A stretch of DNA of 23,697 bases, taken from positions 62,001 through 85,697 of the forward strand of contig KZ538397.1 of the NCBI GenBank assembly GCA_000934665.2, given 5' to 3'. The notes below the pieces were generated by a model, which searched no databases, was not told the origin of the DNA, and saw only the letters and a program-made list of their open reading frames with translations. Every line of letters begins with the position of its first letter. Positions within the stretch are counted from its first letter, which is position 1. The DNA comes from Catajapyx aquilonaris (taxonomy: Eukaryota). The position numbers were made by a program, and so were the translations under genes. Below, piece by piece: positions 21,306-23,697 of this stretch.

Positions 21306-22546
21306 CTTATGCATCGGTAATTCTGTGTCTAGCAACCAAATGATGGAAAACTGGTTCATTTTTAACCCAATCAATCAGTCGATACGAGTAAAACATCTCC
21401 AATCGACAATGGAAAATCTGTCAAAATAATTTTGGTGCCATTTCAAGTGGAAAAATGCATTGTTTAAAAACTCACACTAATTTACACTTATCCTATAATC
21501 CTATCACATCCCTATGCACTCTCATAGCCAACGAGTTACATACTAAAGTTCATTTTATTTTGTTTCCAAGCTTTACATTGGCCTGACATAGCCTTTGATT
21601 TCGATTTGCCGCACATACAATGCAATGGTTCAAAATGGTCCTCCACCCTGCTGTGCCAACACACCGCTTTTGTACAGATCGGCTGTTATTTAGGATCACG
21701 GCAATGAAACAACATTTTCATTAAAACAACCCCCACACAACCACAATGTAGGTATAGCGCATAAGTAATACCACACTTGATCAGCGAAGCACGAAAGTGG
21801 AATATTGCTAGGAGAGTGTGTTAGAGACAAAAAAATAATGGGATCCTATAGATTTTCTTGTTCCAGAGAGAAGGTAGTCTCATTTCCAGAGATCGCTGCC
21901 ACTCGTGTGGGACGAGGATGTGTGAAACTGCCAAGTCATCATTCTTCCAGAAGACTATATTCTCCAGCATGGGCATACAGGAAATAAGTCCAATTTTGGG
22001 AGTTTTAAAACAATTTTACACCACTTTTTCTGGCAAAACCCATTTGTCCCTAAAGATTCATAATGAGCCATAAAGCCAGGAATTTGTCTTCACTAGCATG
22101 GATTATCTAGACTTAGTGGATTTTCCCTTGTACTGTATATCCAATGATAAATGCCGTTTGCGGTATGAAGAAATTGAATGTCGCATTGGTCTTGATTTGG
22201 GATATATGGCGAGCGTCCTTTTTAATTAAGCCGGCATTCATTTATGTGTCTGTAAAGCGGGTTTTTCTTATGCATCCAGATTGGGTTGTCTAGGACCGCC
22301 TGCGTCATCTCACTTTTACCTGGCAGGATTCCAAGCTTACTAGGGAATGTTATAAATGGAAGTCGACCACGAAGAGCAAATAAACTTTTTCAACGCTTGT
22401 TTGCTGCGTCTTTGCTGCACTGTCACAAACGTTGAATGACGAGGCTTCCCCCTATTGACAGAATCTCTTTCTCAAATTCCCCAGGGTTTATCATATAAGA
22501 ACGATTTGTAATACCTATCAAAGTTGACCATCAGGAGGAGGCATAA

Positions 22547-22795
22547 TATTTATTTATTTATTTTACCTCATTGGGAGAATCGGCGCTGCATTAGGGGGGT
22601 AGAATACCACCATTGGATGGGGCCAATGATAGGGAAGGAAGGAAGCGGCTGTGGCCTATTATACGGAAACGATCCCGGAATTGTCCAGAGGGGACCGTGG
22701 AAAACCACGGTCAGGATCGCCGGCCCCGGGATTCGAACCCAGGACCTCCCGATTAGCAGTCGGACTCCTTAACCACCACACCAACCTGTTTCGGT
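22547..22795 (-). mobile_element. tRNA-derived SINE, family A, copy 2
   Basis: Minus strand has A box TGGTGTGGTGG, TCCGACTGCTAATCGGG, B box GGTTCGAATCC, a body homologous to 3934-4209, and a (TAAA)n tail at 22547-22562. Confidence 0.85.
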
Positions 22796-22884
22796 ATTGA
22801 GGTATAACGAGGCGAGAAAACCAAAGGACATCTTTACATACAGTGATAAACTGTACGAGTTTTCCCTAGAAGTTTGCCTGAATC

Positions 22885-23211
22885 ATGGTCTTAGAATAGT
22901 AAGGCCTGGTCACTCCCCACTTATCGCCTTAGGGGCCTGTTTTGCGGCAGGTGGCCGCGTGATAGCGCATTTCAAGGCTTCACCATGGGCTTCACTGACA
23001 TGTGGCGACCCTACCGGACTGCTCTGAACGTAGGTAAAAGAGAAGCGCTTATTTTCTACCTAAGTTCAGAGCAGTCCGGAAGGGTCGCCACGTATTTGTG
23101 AAGCCCTGACCCTGCCGCAAAACACCCAGTAAGGCCCCTAAGGCGATAAGAGGGGAGTGACCAGACCTTACTATTCTAAGACCATAGTCTAAATCATTAT
23201 GAAACACCCTG
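22885..23211. mobile_element. Palindromic MITE, left terminus missing, Tc1/mariner-like right end
   Basis: Outer arms ATGGTCTTAGAATAGTAAGG.CTGGTCACTCCCC.CTTATCGCCTTAGGGGCCT (from 22885) and its complement ending at 23185. Inner arms GTGGCGACCCT.CCGGACTGCTCTGAAC.TAGGTA and complement close on AAGCGCTT. Right end TGAAACACCCTG followed by TA. Confidence 0.8.
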
Positions 23212-23697
23212 TATAAACAGAGATCGAGCTGTACTAGGCCTACCTGAAGCCATCAATGAAAAATATTGGAAGACTAATTACTACACTTTTTATTACTATT
23301 GATGGTTGGGGGTATGCCGCCAAGACTTATTGTGGTTCCATTTCAAATCAGGCGGAGGCTGTCAGGGCTTGGTCTCCGATTATTACGGAAATATTACACG
23401 AAGTACCACTGTCGAAATGATGACGAATGACACTGGCTATTTTTCAGTGACATTTTTTGTTCGCCCTGAAAAAATTCATAACCGCAGGGGTACCAAATCT
23501 GCTATTCCTCGAAGTTCATTTTTCCTCAACTTTGGACGCGTGTACCAATTTTCCTATACGTTACAGGAAACCCAAATTTGTAATGGAGCAACTGCCTATT
23601 TAGGTCTGAATTTTCGATATAAGATAATTGCGAATGTATAATTAGCAACCGCGGAAAAAATTGGCAAAAATGCTGTTTTACGACATTTTAGCAGTTT

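Noticed and set aside
22715..22795. Functional tRNA-Ser(GCT) gene (also 4130-4209)
   Set aside because: No acceptor-stem pairing, no long variable arm, and followed by a SINE body and tail.

Overview
This looks like AT-rich, essentially non-coding eukaryotic DNA (intergenic or intronic), most consistent with an invertebrate animal genome; that assignment is an inference from the SINE domains, MITE styles and microsatellites. I recognise no protein-coding gene. The ORF track contains only short ORFs, and many come from repeats or palindromes. The window is a dense patchwork of short non-autonomous mobile elements. It holds two copies of one tRNA-derived SINE family, a decayed SINE with a V/Meta-like core, and an isolated tRNA cloverleaf with an aberrant 10-nt anticodon loop. 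At least six inverted-repeat (MITE/foldback) elements are present, with differing terminal signatures: Sola-like with AATT TSD, Tc1/mariner-like CAGGGTG ends, a 9-bp-TSD Mutator-like element, an Academ-like end, and one unclassified. There is also a perfect 64-bp palindrome, micro/minisatellites, and a GC-richer island at about 10.0-11.35 kb with tandem RFX X-boxes and a G-quadruplex motif. I found no evidence of a multi-gene novel system. The best candidates for novelty are the non-coding elements listed under findings.
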